64,000 nt of DNA from Nitrospirota bacterium (GTDB lineage: Bacteria > Nitrospirota > Thermodesulfovibrionia > Thermodesulfovibrionales > JdFR-88): contig JAKAKS010000038.1 in NCBI GenBank assembly GCA_021813405.1, positions 42,630-106,629 on the forward strand, read 5' to 3'. The translations under genes and the position numbers were made by a program. Below, piece by piece: positions 11,301 through 17,844 of this stretch. Positions within the stretch are counted from its first letter, which is position 1. Each line of letters begins with the position of its first letter. Under the pieces are notes generated by a model. It was not told the origin of the DNA, did no database searches, and saw nothing but the letters and a program-made list of their open reading frames with translations.

Positions 11301-12416
11301 GCCATAAAAGTTGGTGCTGCCTGTCGTGGTATCAACCGGAACATCCGATATTGCGATCGGGGCGAGATTTATTTCTCCGGCCTGGTTGTACGGATAAAAG
11401 GAAATATATGCCTGGACCTGGGAGCTCCAATTAGTACCCCAATCATTGCCCATCACAAGCCCGGTATCATCTACGGTATCGCCTTCACTGCCTGTGGAGA
11501 CCCCCGCGAGATACTGCATAACCCCGTTTTGCCATATAAAAGCGCCGTTTGGCCCGCTGCCCGTTACCTGCCCCTCATTATTGATTGCGGCAGGCCAGAC
11601 ATTTACGCCCAAGTCCGTCATGACACCGTTTTGCCAGAAAAAACCATGCACTTCCCCCGTGGCAGTTGTGCTTTGGCCGGCTACTTGGCCCAGATCATTC
11701 ATTGCGTCAGCGCCTGTCAAGCTGCCGCCCAGGGTGCCCAAGTCAATCATTCCAGTGCCGTTCCAGATGTAGGAGTGGCCCGTTCCTGTAGTATTGGCCA
11801 TCTCGTAAGCGCTATTATCATCAATCAGAACCAACCCGGAGTTGTTTATCGCCACAGCCACCCCCGCGCCAAGGTCTGTTCTTATCCCGTTTTGCCAGAT
11901 AAACGCATGATTATTCGGGCCATAATTGCCGTAGGGACAAACACCGCCGTAATAACCGGCTGCATTGTCGTTACCGGCCACCACGCCTGCATTATTGATA
12001 CTTATTGCCACACCGGGGCCCAGGTCCGTAATGGCCCCGTTTTGCCACATAACGGCATGCCCGTTGCTGAAGGACCAGTAGTCGGAACCAGACTGAGCGC
12101 TCCAGCCCACAATCTGCCCGTTATTGTTGATTGCGAAGGCTTGGCTGCTGTCGTCACCACCTAATGTGCCCAGGTCCGTCATGGTGCCGTTCCAGAGAAA
12201 GGCATGTAATGGCAGTACAGATGACCCGGGCACAAGCGTACTGTCGCCTACTATCGATCCCGAATTGTTTATGGCGTAAGCCTGGCTGTAATCACCCCCG
12301 AGTGTCCCAATATTAACAGCCGTTGCTTCCGCAGTTTTTATGGAAAAAGAGAAAGACATGATGAAAATAAAAATGAACGGGAAAAAAGGCAGGCACAGGA
12401 TTGACCTGAACTTCAT
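5361..12416 (-). CDS. Giant secreted repeat protein (2,351 aa): HAF repeats, 3x(InlB-B-repeat-like array + NHL propeller), Ig-like units, FIMAH-like tail
   Basis: Uninterrupted 7,056-nt ORF with GGAGGGGG 7 nt upstream of ATG 12416. The N-terminus looks like a signal peptide (MKFRSILCLPFFPFIFIFIMSFSFSIKTAEA). HAF motifs are present (HAFLWNGTMTDLGTLGG and others). B-repeat-like units read TVTPxxGYxISSVTGCGGTLSGNxYTTGPVTxxCxVxAxF. NHL motifs read GVAVDxxGNxYVxDxxNNRVQKFDxNGNYLxQW. There are two 76-aa Ig-like units and a helical C-terminus. Confidence 0.85.
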   Translation of the reverse strand: MKFRSILCLPFFPFIFIFIMSFSFSIKTAEATAVNIGTLGGDYSQAYAINNSGSIVGDSTLVPGSSVLPLHAFLWNGTMTDLGTLGGDDSSQAFAINNNGQIVGWSAQSGSDYWSFSNGHAVMWQNGAITDLGPGVAISINNAGVVAGNDNAAGYYGGVCPYGNYGPNNHAFIWQNGIRTDLGAGVAVAINNSGLVLIDDNSAYEMANTTGTGHSYIWNGTGMIDLGTLGGSLTGADAMNDLGQVAGQSTTATGEVHGFFWQNGVMTDLGVNVWPAAINNEGQVTGSGPNGAFIWQNGVMQYLAGVSTGSEGDTVDDTGLVMGNDWGTNWSSQVQAYISFYPYNQAGEINLAPIAISDVPVDTTTGSTNFYGGPNGGPYSTFTQANAMNNSGVAAGISSTSAGFAQATLWENGSLPVVTPLATPGGIINSSMSETVMPGSTVPFTVTPDTGYSISSVTGCGGTLSGNTYTTGPVTSDCTVSAAFAISTYTISTVVSGSGTISPAPASVEYNGTTSFTVTPNQGYGISSVTGCGGALSGNIYTTGPITADCSVTATFVINTYTVTSAAGSNGTISPASQAINYVSTSSFTVTPNTGYHISSVADNCGAGGSSSGTLSGNTYTTGPVTSNCSVTAMFEINTYTVTPSAGIAGSANNYQYLTQWGSQGTGNGQFGYMEGVAVDANSNVYVADSGNNRVQKFDPNGNYLAQWISDGIGLAFNSPNEVAVDATGDLYVSDLNNNRIVKFGPSGNYLTQWGSLGTGDGMFNGPGAMAFDPSGNIYVTDWQNNRVQKFDPNGNYLSQWSYSGWTYGPWGIAIDASGDIYIANGGNTIQKFDSNGNLLTQWTAPLDTQNNGGVWDLAIDAQGNIYANSWAPGSGSLPPGNNGIMKFDSNGNYLAMIGSTGTGNGQFIGTEGVAVNAAGDLYVGDDSYRIQEFQPVYNGACPPEGCINPQTPVAVASGGTTQFTVTPAPGYYVSGVTGCMGTLSGNVYTTGPVTADCYVNASFSAWPSSFTISASAGAGGSISPSGQVIVLTGSSQTFTITPAQGYYTTGVQVDGVYQGAVGSYTFSSVYANHTISATFAIAPVITSTAGPDGSISPSGSIPVPNGSIQSFTVTPATGYYISSVTGCGGTLNGNIYTTGPVTSDCTVSTSFAVYTYTVTPSAGTEGVSSTYQLENAWGSSGYGNGQFGWPVGAAVDAAGNVYVTDWEMNNVQKFDRSGNFLAQWGYNGNGTFLYPLGIAADGQGNIYVADSQRVQKFDSNGNLLAHWSSWIYKGISYSFASQSGGTPWGVAVDGFGNIYVTDADHYRVVKFDPNGNCITQWGSWGSGNGQFEYVKGIAVDNLGNVYVSDDYRVQKFDPNGNYLTQWSVTTGNWGGLAIDGSGDIYVSDSNGLIDKYDTNGNFLAQWSAANAGLIAADSSGNIYVPQGFNQARVAEFQEVYNGTSSAGGSINPAAPQIMAYNGITSFTVTPNTGYHISGVTGCGGILNGPIYTTGPVIANCTVSASFVTNTYTVTGSAVGNGTISPASQIAIYNTPGAFTVTPVTGYHISSITDNCGAGGSSSGTLSGSTYTTGPVTSNCSVTAAFAINTYTVTGSAVGNGTISPASQTAIYNTSGAFTVTPVTGYHITSVTDNCGAGGASSGTLSGNTYTTGPITFDCTVSASFAINTYTVTPTAGIAGSANSYQYLTQWGSYGTGNGQFNQPEAVAVSLSGEIYVADGTNHRIEVFDSNGNYLRQWGSYGSANGQFIDPFGLAVDASGDVYVADSGNNRVQKFDPNGSFIMNVCTYGSGNGYCAGPRGVAVDSSGNIYVADFGNNLVQKFNPSGGFITQWSVFLDPYEHWWGPNGIAVDNTSGHVYVIDYHMMGIDTFDENGNFLNEWYADRVVGIALDGQGNLYASQPWEVDIAKINPDAAASGGSYTSGLLATIGSAGAGPGQFGQSWLTKVAVDAGGSVYVNDYVNNRIEKYGEVYPGSSSNGGSISPSTPMTVAYGSTTQFTVTPAPGYYISSVTGCSMLNGTTAGPVTANCTLSASFALRVPPTITATVSPLPNSNGWNNTNATVSFACSGGSGGVASCPAPVTVATEGANQKVCGTATDNEGDTASACATLNIDRTPPTVTATAASAPNSYGWNNTGITVSFSCSDSLSGIASCPTPVTVATEGANQNIAGTATDMAGNTASSSAIVSIDETPPVIAITGITNGATYDLGLNVPTASYTATDALSGVATSSASLTGGDGLGLGTFTYTVTASDKAGNATAQSAVYNIIATTDGTSALINQYFSSGAITSSDVYNSLLSDLIAAKTDYNSSNSSAGNNKMQSFIKLVQAQNGKSISSQAAAVLIDCANYIISHS
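5847..6302. repeat. Tandem pair of 228-nt coding units (76-aa Ig-like domains) in the giant gene
   Basis: PPTITATVSPLPNSNGWNNTNATVSFACSGG..VASCPAPVTVATEGANQKVCGTATDNEGDTAS..IDRT aligns with PPTVTATAASAPNSYGWNNTGITVSFSCSDS..IASCPTPVTVATEGANQNIAGTATDMAGNTAS..IDET. Confidence 0.7.
7407..7880. repeat. Tandem duplication of a 237-nt coding unit (79-aa B-repeat-like domain)
   Basis: Copies lie at 7644-7880 and 7407-7643. They share long identical runs, for example gatgtgataaccagtaacaggcgtgacagtgaaggccccc and tctgggatgcgggactgatagtcccgttgccaaccgccgatccggtaac. Confidence 0.85.
10497..10733. repeat. Dispersed third copy of the 237-nt B-repeat unit
   Basis: 10522-10610 matches 7669-7757 over 89 nt with 2 mismatches. 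The encoded unit is TVTSAAGSNGTISPASQ..DNCGAGGSSSGTLSGNTYTTGPVTSNCSVTA. Confidence 0.8.
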
Positions 12417-13218
12417 ATATGGACCCCCTCCATGAATGAAAGTTAAAGACCTATGGCTTTTTAAATGTCACATTCTCGCAAACCGCCCGGGCAGAAGTGC
12501 CACGGATCCTTTTTCCATACAAAATTCCGGATAAGGCATAATAAAACCGCCGTTTCACAAGCCCCACAATCGGCAAAACAGAAAAAACCGCTATTGCACG
12601 TTAAGTCCTTGAGCTATCAATGGCGAAAAATATCGGGTGGGAATCCGGCCTTTACGCCAAGCCTGCGGGCGATAGACGGATTTATACATGAGATCCCCCT
12701 CCCATGAATTTTGTTGGACATTATTAGCAGGACAGCAAAGTATGTGCCAAAAAACAAATTTTCGACTCTGGGGTCAGATGATACTAATTGCAGCTTCCGC
12801 ACATATTTTGTGCAAATAAAGGTTTTTTTATTCCGAAGAAAGTTGCGTGAAAGGACTCAGGGTTTGCATGATTTCACACAGCCGTGGGTTGAAAATTCAA
12901 CTCTGGCTTGCAACCTTGGCAACGAAGCGGCTCCGGTATATCCGGGAAATATGTAGTGATTTCTTGCAGCAAGTGCCTGGCCATATCAGTTTACGGACGT
13001 TGCCGAATACCATGCGATCGCAACAGTCATTAACGCGGTGCTGCCCATCAAACGCAAGATTGATTATAAAAACATCGTCTGGTGAACGTTTAAAACAGAT
13101 CCGGAACTGGCGCATGCCGGTCTCCACGGAGGAGTGGCTAATAAGGAACATGGCGACGATATGAATAGGTGGTTTAGTTGCCGCTTCGGTGTACGTTTTG
13201 GATTTTGAGGTAAAAACA

Positions 13219-13295
13219 TGGTGCCCCCTGCAAGAATCGAACTTGCGACACCAGGTTTAGGAAACCTGTGCTCTATCCTACTGAGCTAAGGGGGC
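13219..13295 (-). tRNA. tRNA-Arg (anticodon CCT), CCA encoded
   Basis: The reverse complement GCCCCCTTAGCTCAGTAGGATAGAGCACAGGTTTCCTAAACCTGGTGTCGCAAGTTCGATTCTTGCAGGGGGCACCA folds as a cloverleaf. It has a 7-bp acceptor stem, GCTC/GAGC D stem, CAGGT/ACCTG anticodon stem with loop TTCCTAA, and a GCAAG/CTTGC T stem with TTCGATT loop. Confidence 0.9.
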
Positions 13296-13427
13296 TAACC
13301 GATATAATAGCAGATTAGGCGCTTTGCCATCTACCCATGGGCCGGCAAGATTACGATAGCGGCAAAATTATTGTAAAAAAAGGGAAAATGCCTTCTGCCA
13401 GGGCCTTGAGCATACATTCTTGTTCAA

Positions 13428-13456
13428 TTGACAGAACAGCCGCTATTGGGTTATAA
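13428..13456 (+). promoter_or_regulatory. Putative sigma-70 promoter of the nuo operon
   Basis: TTGACA (13428-13433), 17-nt spacer, TTATAA (13451-13456). The -10 ends 9 nt before the nuoA ATG, and no Shine-Dalgarno sequence is visible. Confidence 0.4.
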
Positions 13457-13465
13457 AAAAGTGTT

Positions 13466-13834
13466 ATGCCTTATTACGGGCTCTCCCGGTATGTCCCAGT
13501 TCTGATATTAATGCTGATTGCCCTCGGGTTCGGGCTGGGCTCACTTCTTGTGGGTATGCTTGTGCGCCCCAGGAGGCCTTACAAGGAAAAGCTTCTGCCA
13601 TATGAATCCGGCAACCCTCCCATCGGCGAACCAAGGGCCAGATTTTCGGTAAAATTCTATATAGTTGCAATGCTCTTTGTGGTGTTTGATGTTGAGGCGA
13701 TATTTCTGTATCCATGGGCGGTAACCTTCGATAAACTAGGTGTTTACGCCTTTGTGGAGATGATGCTCTTTATAATCATATTGCTTGTGGGGTACGTGTA
13801 TGCATGGAGAAAAGGCGCGTTCGACTGGAACTGA
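13466..13834 (+). CDS. nuoA: NADH-quinone oxidoreductase subunit A
   Basis: 122 aa, three hydrophobic segments, conserved [13 protein letters not shown] motif; first gene of a syntenic nuo cluster. Confidence 0.85.
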   Translation: MPYYGLSRYVPVLILMLIALGFGLGSLLVGMLVRPRRPYKEKLLPYESGNPPIGEPRARFSVKFYIVAMLFVVFDVEAIFLYPWAVTFDKLGVYAFVEMMLFIIILLVGYVYAWRKGAFDWN

Positions 13835-14363
13835 CGAAAAAAGCATTCTGGCTGGCGATTCGGGCATTATAGAGCTTGAAAAGGGCCTGAGGATAATCCC
13901 AGGCGCAAATACGATAATCGCTTCCCTGGACAAGCTTGTGAACTGGGGCAGGCTGTCTTCCATGTGGCCGATGACCTTCGGCCTTGCCTGCTGCGCGATA
14001 GAAATGATGACCACAGGGTCGTCCCATTACGACCTGGACAGGCTTGGCGTTATATTCCGAGGCTCCCCCAGGCAGGCTGATTTTGTCATAATCGCCGGCA
14101 CTGTAACAAAGAAAATGTCCCCGATAATCAGGCGCGTTTACGACCAGATGCCCGACCCGCGGTACGTTATTGCCATGGGCAGCTGTGCCTGCTCCGGCGG
14201 GATATTCAACTCCTACAGCACGGTGCAGGGTGTGGACAGCTTTCTTCCCGTGGACGTGTACATACCCGGATGCCCCCCCAGGCCCGAGGCGCTGATGGAA
14301 GGCATAATAAAGCTCCAGGAAAAGATCAGGAAGGAGCATCTGCATTGGACCCCTTTGAAATAA
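13785..14363 (+). CDS. nuoB: NADH-quinone oxidoreductase subunit B
   Basis: [44 protein letters not shown], the N2 cluster motifs. The start is uncertain: GTG at 13785 or ATG at 13800, and both overlap the nuoA 3' end. Confidence 0.85.
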   Translation: MWGTCMHGEKARSTGTDEKSILAGDSGIIELEKGLRIIPGANTIIASLDKLVNWGRLSSMWPMTFGLACCAIEMMTTGSSHYDLDRLGVIFRGSPRQADFVIIAGTVTKKMSPIIRRVYDQMPDPRYVIAMGSCACSGGIFNSYSTVQGVDSFLPVDVYIPGCPPRPEALMEGIIKLQEKIRKEHLHWTPLK

Positions 14364-14890
14364 CCGGAAAACTGAAAACGAAATTCCCTGGGGCCGTGCT
14401 GGACGTAACGGAATTCAGGGGGCAGGTATCCGTGCACCTGGACAAGGCCTCGATACTCGATGTGTGCCGTTTCCTGCACGATGACCCGGAAATGGATTTT
14501 GATTATCTTATGGACCTTTGCGGTGTTGATTACATGGGCAGGGCGGAGCCGGCGCAGCGGTTTGAAGTGGTTTATCACCTCTATTCGATAGCCAGAAAAC
14601 ATCTGCTGCGGCTCAGGGCGCGGGTGCCTGAAGAAGATGCCAGAGTAGCCAGCCTTACGCCCATATGGAATGGCGCAAACTGGCACGAGCGGGAATGCTA
14701 CGACATGTTCGGGATTGTATTTGAGGGGCACCCGGAGCTGAAGCGGATACTGCTGCCGGAAGACTGGCAGGGCTTTCCCCTGCGCAAGGACTATCCGGTT
14801 GCCGGGCCTGGCGCGGAAGACGAATGGCCCGGTTTTAAAGAGGTGCTGGAGACCTCCAGAAAGCTGAAGGAAAACGATTGGCAGAAGTAG
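14345..14890 (+). CDS. nuoC: NADH-quinone oxidoreductase subunit C
   Basis: Conserved ..[44 protein letters not shown].. A TTG at 14345, preceded by GGAAGGAG, is the preferred start. The upstream ATG at 14270 would overlap nuoB by 94 nt. Confidence 0.8.
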   Translation: MDPFEITGKLKTKFPGAVLDVTEFRGQVSVHLDKASILDVCRFLHDDPEMDFDYLMDLCGVDYMGRAEPAQRFEVVYHLYSIARKHLLRLRARVPEEDARVASLTPIWNGANWHERECYDMFGIVFEGHPELKRILLPEDWQGFPLRKDYPVAGPGAEDEWPGFKEVLETSRKLKENDWQK

Positions 14891-16086
14891 ATAAAGATAT
14901 ATTTCCGGATATGGAGACCCAGGAGCTTACAATCAGCATGGGCCCGCAGCATCCCGCCACCCATGGCGTGCTGAGGCTTGTGCTTAAGCTGGACGGCGAG
15001 ACGGTGGTGAAATGCACCCCGCACGTGGGCTATCTGCACAGAGGTGTTGAAAAACTGGGCGAGGCAAAAACCTATTTTTCGGCCCTCCCGCTTACCGACC
15101 GGCTGGACTATATATCCTCTGCGGCAAACAACTGCGCTTATGTAAACGCGGTGGAAAAACTTTTCGGGATAGAGGCGCCGCCGCGGGCGAAATTCATAAG
15201 GACCATCATCTGCGAGATGACAAGGATTTCCAGCCACATCATCTGGCTTGGCACGCACGCGCTGGACATCGGCGCGATGACCGTGTTTCTTTACTCCTTC
15301 AGGGAACGCGAATGGATAATGGACCTGTTTGAGGAACTCTGCGGGGCAAGGCTTACTGTCAGCTATCCGCGCATCGGAGGCGTCAGAAATGACGTGTCAC
15401 AGCATTTCCTGGACAGCCTGTGGCAATTTACAGAGGAGTTCCCGGCCCGCGTTGACGAGTACGAGACCCTCATAGACCAGAACCGCATCTGGCTGGAGCG
15501 CACAAAAGGCATCGGCGTTATAAGCGCAAAGGACGCGGTGAACTGGGGGCTTACGGGGCCCACGCTGAGGGGCTCCGGTGTGGATTACGATGTCCGGAAG
15601 GCGTTTCCATATGACGCCTACGATCAGGTTGAATTCGAAGTGCCGCTTGGAGAAAAAGGCGACGTTTACGACAGGTATCGCTGCCGCATGCTTGAGCTGA
15701 GGGAATCCAACAAAATTATCAGGCAGTGCATAGAGAAGCTGCCGGAAGGTGCGGTGCTTGCCCCGGACGCCCCGAAATTCGTGCTGCCCCCAAAGGAAGC
15801 GTTGTTTTCAAACATGGAGCCGTTGATACACCACTTTGTCCTTATGACAAAAGGGCCGCTTGCCGCCCCGGAGGGCGAGGTTTACATGGGCGCGGAAGCC
15901 CCCAAGGGGGAACTGGGTTTTTACATTGTAAGCGATGGCACCGGCAAACCTTACAGGATGAGGATACGCGCCCCATCCTTTGTGCATGCCTCTGTGCTGC
16001 CCAAGCTGTGCGAAGGCGGGCTGGTGGCTGACGTTGTCGCAAACATAGGCACCATAGACATAGTCCTTGGAGAATGCGACAGGTGA
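14878..16086 (+). CDS. nuoD: NADH-quinone oxidoreductase subunit D
   Basis: [16 protein letters not shown], ..HRGVEKL.., and a C-terminal ..[10 protein letters not shown] motif. An alternative start is ATG 14911. Confidence 0.9.
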   Translation: MAEVDKDIFPDMETQELTISMGPQHPATHGVLRLVLKLDGETVVKCTPHVGYLHRGVEKLGEAKTYFSALPLTDRLDYISSAANNCAYVNAVEKLFGIEAPPRAKFIRTIICEMTRISSHIIWLGTHALDIGAMTVFLYSFREREWIMDLFEELCGARLTVSYPRIGGVRNDVSQHFLDSLWQFTEEFPARVDEYETLIDQNRIWLERTKGIGVISAKDAVNWGLTGPTLRGSGVDYDVRKAFPYDAYDQVEFEVPLGEKGDVYDRYRCRMLELRESNKIIRQCIEKLPEGAVLAPDAPKFVLPPKEALFSNMEPLIHHFVLMTKGPLAAPEGEVYMGAEAPKGELGFYIVSDGTGKPYRMRIRAPSFVHASVLPKLCEGGLVADVVANIGTIDIVLGECDR

Positions 16087-16544
16087 TCCGGAAGCTGAAG
16101 GGGCGGATTGATGACGAGGTGAAAAAATATCCGGATGCCCGTGCCGCGGCCCTGCCGTCGCTTTACGCGGCCCAGGAGGAGTTTGGATATCTGGGCCCCG
16201 CCGCCCTGGAAGCAGTTGCGGAGGAACTTGGCGTTTCCAAAGCCACCCTCAAGGGTACGGCCACGTTCTATTCCATGTTCCGGCACAAGCGGACGGGAAG
16301 GCACGTGATACGGATTTGCACCAATGTGGCCTGCATGCTTTTTGGGGCCGAAACCCTTGTGAGCATAATCGGGGTGGCATTTAATGTGGAGCCGGGCGGA
16401 ACCAGCCCGGACGGCAGGTTTTCCCTTGTAATTTCGGAATGCATCGGGGCCTGCGACAGGGGCCCTGCAATGCTGGTGGACGAGGACGAGCATTTTAACC
16501 TCACGGCCGGAAGCGTAATAGAGATACTGGACGGCTATAAATAA
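16074..16544 (+). CDS. nuoE: NADH-quinone oxidoreductase subunit E
   Basis: Thioredoxin-like 2Fe-2S subunit: ..[31 protein letters not shown]. Confidence 0.85.
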   Translation: MRQVIRKLKGRIDDEVKKYPDARAAALPSLYAAQEEFGYLGPAALEAVAEELGVSKATLKGTATFYSMFRHKRTGRHVIRICTNVACMLFGAETLVSIIGVAFNVEPGGTSPDGRFSLVISECIGACDRGPAMLVDEDEHFNLTAGSVIEILDGYK

Positions 16545-16545
16545 A

Positions 16546-17844
16546 TTGCAATATATCCTTAACTACACGGAGGCGCCGGATTCGGCCACCCTTGCCGGAT
16601 ACGAGCGCGCGGGGGGGTACCGGGGCTTCAGGAAGGCCCTTGGCCTTGAATCCGCGGCTGTTATCGACATTGTAAAGAAATCGGGCTTGAGGGGGCGCGG
16701 CGGGGCGGGCTTCCCCACCGGCATGAAATGGCTTTTCGCATTCCAGGACCCCAAGACGCCAAAATACCTGCTGTGCAACGCCGATGAAGGCGAGCCGGGC
16801 ACTTTCAAGGACAGACGCATACTTGAAAAGGCCCCTCACCTGCTTATAGAGGGCATGCTCATAGCAGCGCGCGCACTGAAGGCGGAGCAGGGATATATTT
16901 ATTTAAGGGGCGAATACCCGGCGGCAAAAAAAACACTGGAACTTGCAATTGCCGAGGCGTACCAAAAAGGCTACCTGGGTGAAAACGTGATGGGCGGCGG
17001 CGGGCGGTTCCAACTTTCAATCTGCCGCAACGCAGGAGCATACATCTGCGGCGAGGAGACCGCTCTTATCAATTCGCTGGAGGGCAAGCGGGGGCAACCC
17101 AGGCTGAAACCTCCGTTTCCGGTAAGCGTTGGCGCATTTGGCAAGCCAACTGTGGTCAACAATGTGGAGACACTTGCCAACCTGCCTTTCATAATGGAGG
17201 CGGGGGCGGAGGCATACCTGAAAATAGGAAACCCGCAGTGCCCCGGCAACAAGCTGTTTCCGGTAAGCGGACACGTGGACAGGCCGGGCTTATACGAGCT
17301 TCCGATGGGGACCCCGCTTAAAGAGATAATCCATAACCATGCCGGAGGCGTTAAAGGAGGCAAGGCGCTTAAAGCGGTAATACCTGGCGGCATCTCCGCG
17401 CCCGTGCTTACGGCGGGTATGGCGGACTGCCCGATGGATTTTATATCCCTGCCCCGATACGGCAGCATGCTTGGCTCCGGAGCGGTGATAGTATTTGACG
17501 AGACCACGTGCATGGTGAAAGTGGCATGGAGGGCGCTGAAATTTTTCGAATACGAATCCTGCGGAAAGTGCACGCCTTGCAGGGAGGGCACAGGCTGGTT
17601 AAGGACGGTGCTTGAAAGAATAGAGGCGGGCGGCGGCAGGCATTCAGATATTGCCCTGCTTGAGGACATCTGCAATAACATCATAGGCAAGACCTTCTGC
17701 CCGCTTGGCGACGGCGCTGCTTTTGCGGCCCTGAACTTCATAAAGCATTTCAGGGCGGATTTCGAGGCCCACATGGGTGGCCGCTGCCCTTATGAAAACT
17801 CCGTTAAAAGCCCGGACGCGGGCAGTGGCAGGCCCGCGGCATGA
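16546..17844 (+). CDS. nuoF: NADH-quinone oxidoreductase subunit F
   Basis: GLRGRGGAGFPTGMKW (FMN site), ..CNADEGEPGTFKDR.., and ESCGKCTPCREG (N3 cluster). TTG start immediately after the nuoE stop. Confidence 0.9.
   Translation: MQYILNYTEAPDSATLAGYERAGGYRGFRKALGLESAAVIDIVKKSGLRGRGGAGFPTGMKWLFAFQDPKTPKYLLCNADEGEPGTFKDRRILEKAPHLLIEGMLIAARALKAEQGYIYLRGEYPAAKKTLELAIAEAYQKGYLGENVMGGGGRFQLSICRNAGAYICGEETALINSLEGKRGQPRLKPPFPVSVGAFGKPTVVNNVETLANLPFIMEAGAEAYLKIGNPQCPGNKLFPVSGHVDRPGLYELPMGTPLKEIIHNHAGGVKGGKALKAVIPGGISAPVLTAGMADCPMDFISLPRYGSMLGSGAVIVFDETTCMVKVAWRALKFFEYESCGKCTPCREGTGWLRTVLERIEAGGGRHSDIALLEDICNNIIGKTFCPLGDGAAFAALNFIKHFRADFEAHMGGRCPYENSVKSPDAGSGRPAA

Noticed and set aside
5367-12316. 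Many 60-210-aa plus-strand and alternate-frame ORFs inside the giant gene (for example 11529-12164 and 8920-9399)
   Set aside because: All are nested in the single 7,056-nt ORF, whose product shows coherent repeat families. The repetitive, stop-poor coding sequence generates long open frames on the other strand.
12591-12709. 32-aa minus-strand ORF (MYKSVYRPQAWRKGRIPTRYFSPLIAQGLNVQ) behind a GGGAGGGGG motif that duplicates the giant gene's ribosome-binding region (CCCCCTCC(C)ATGAAT at about 12424 and about 12693)
   Set aside because: The only support is a purine-rich motif and a short ORF. There is no conservation evidence, so it could easily arise by chance.
12897-13151. 84-aa minus-strand ORF with a faint RelE/ParE-like stretch (FRICFKRSPDDVFIINLAFDGQHR)
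   Set aside because: The N-terminal context is too short and a 40-aa non-matching tail follows. There is no adjacent antitoxin ORF and no ribosome-binding site. The similarity is too weak to call, even as a pseudogene.
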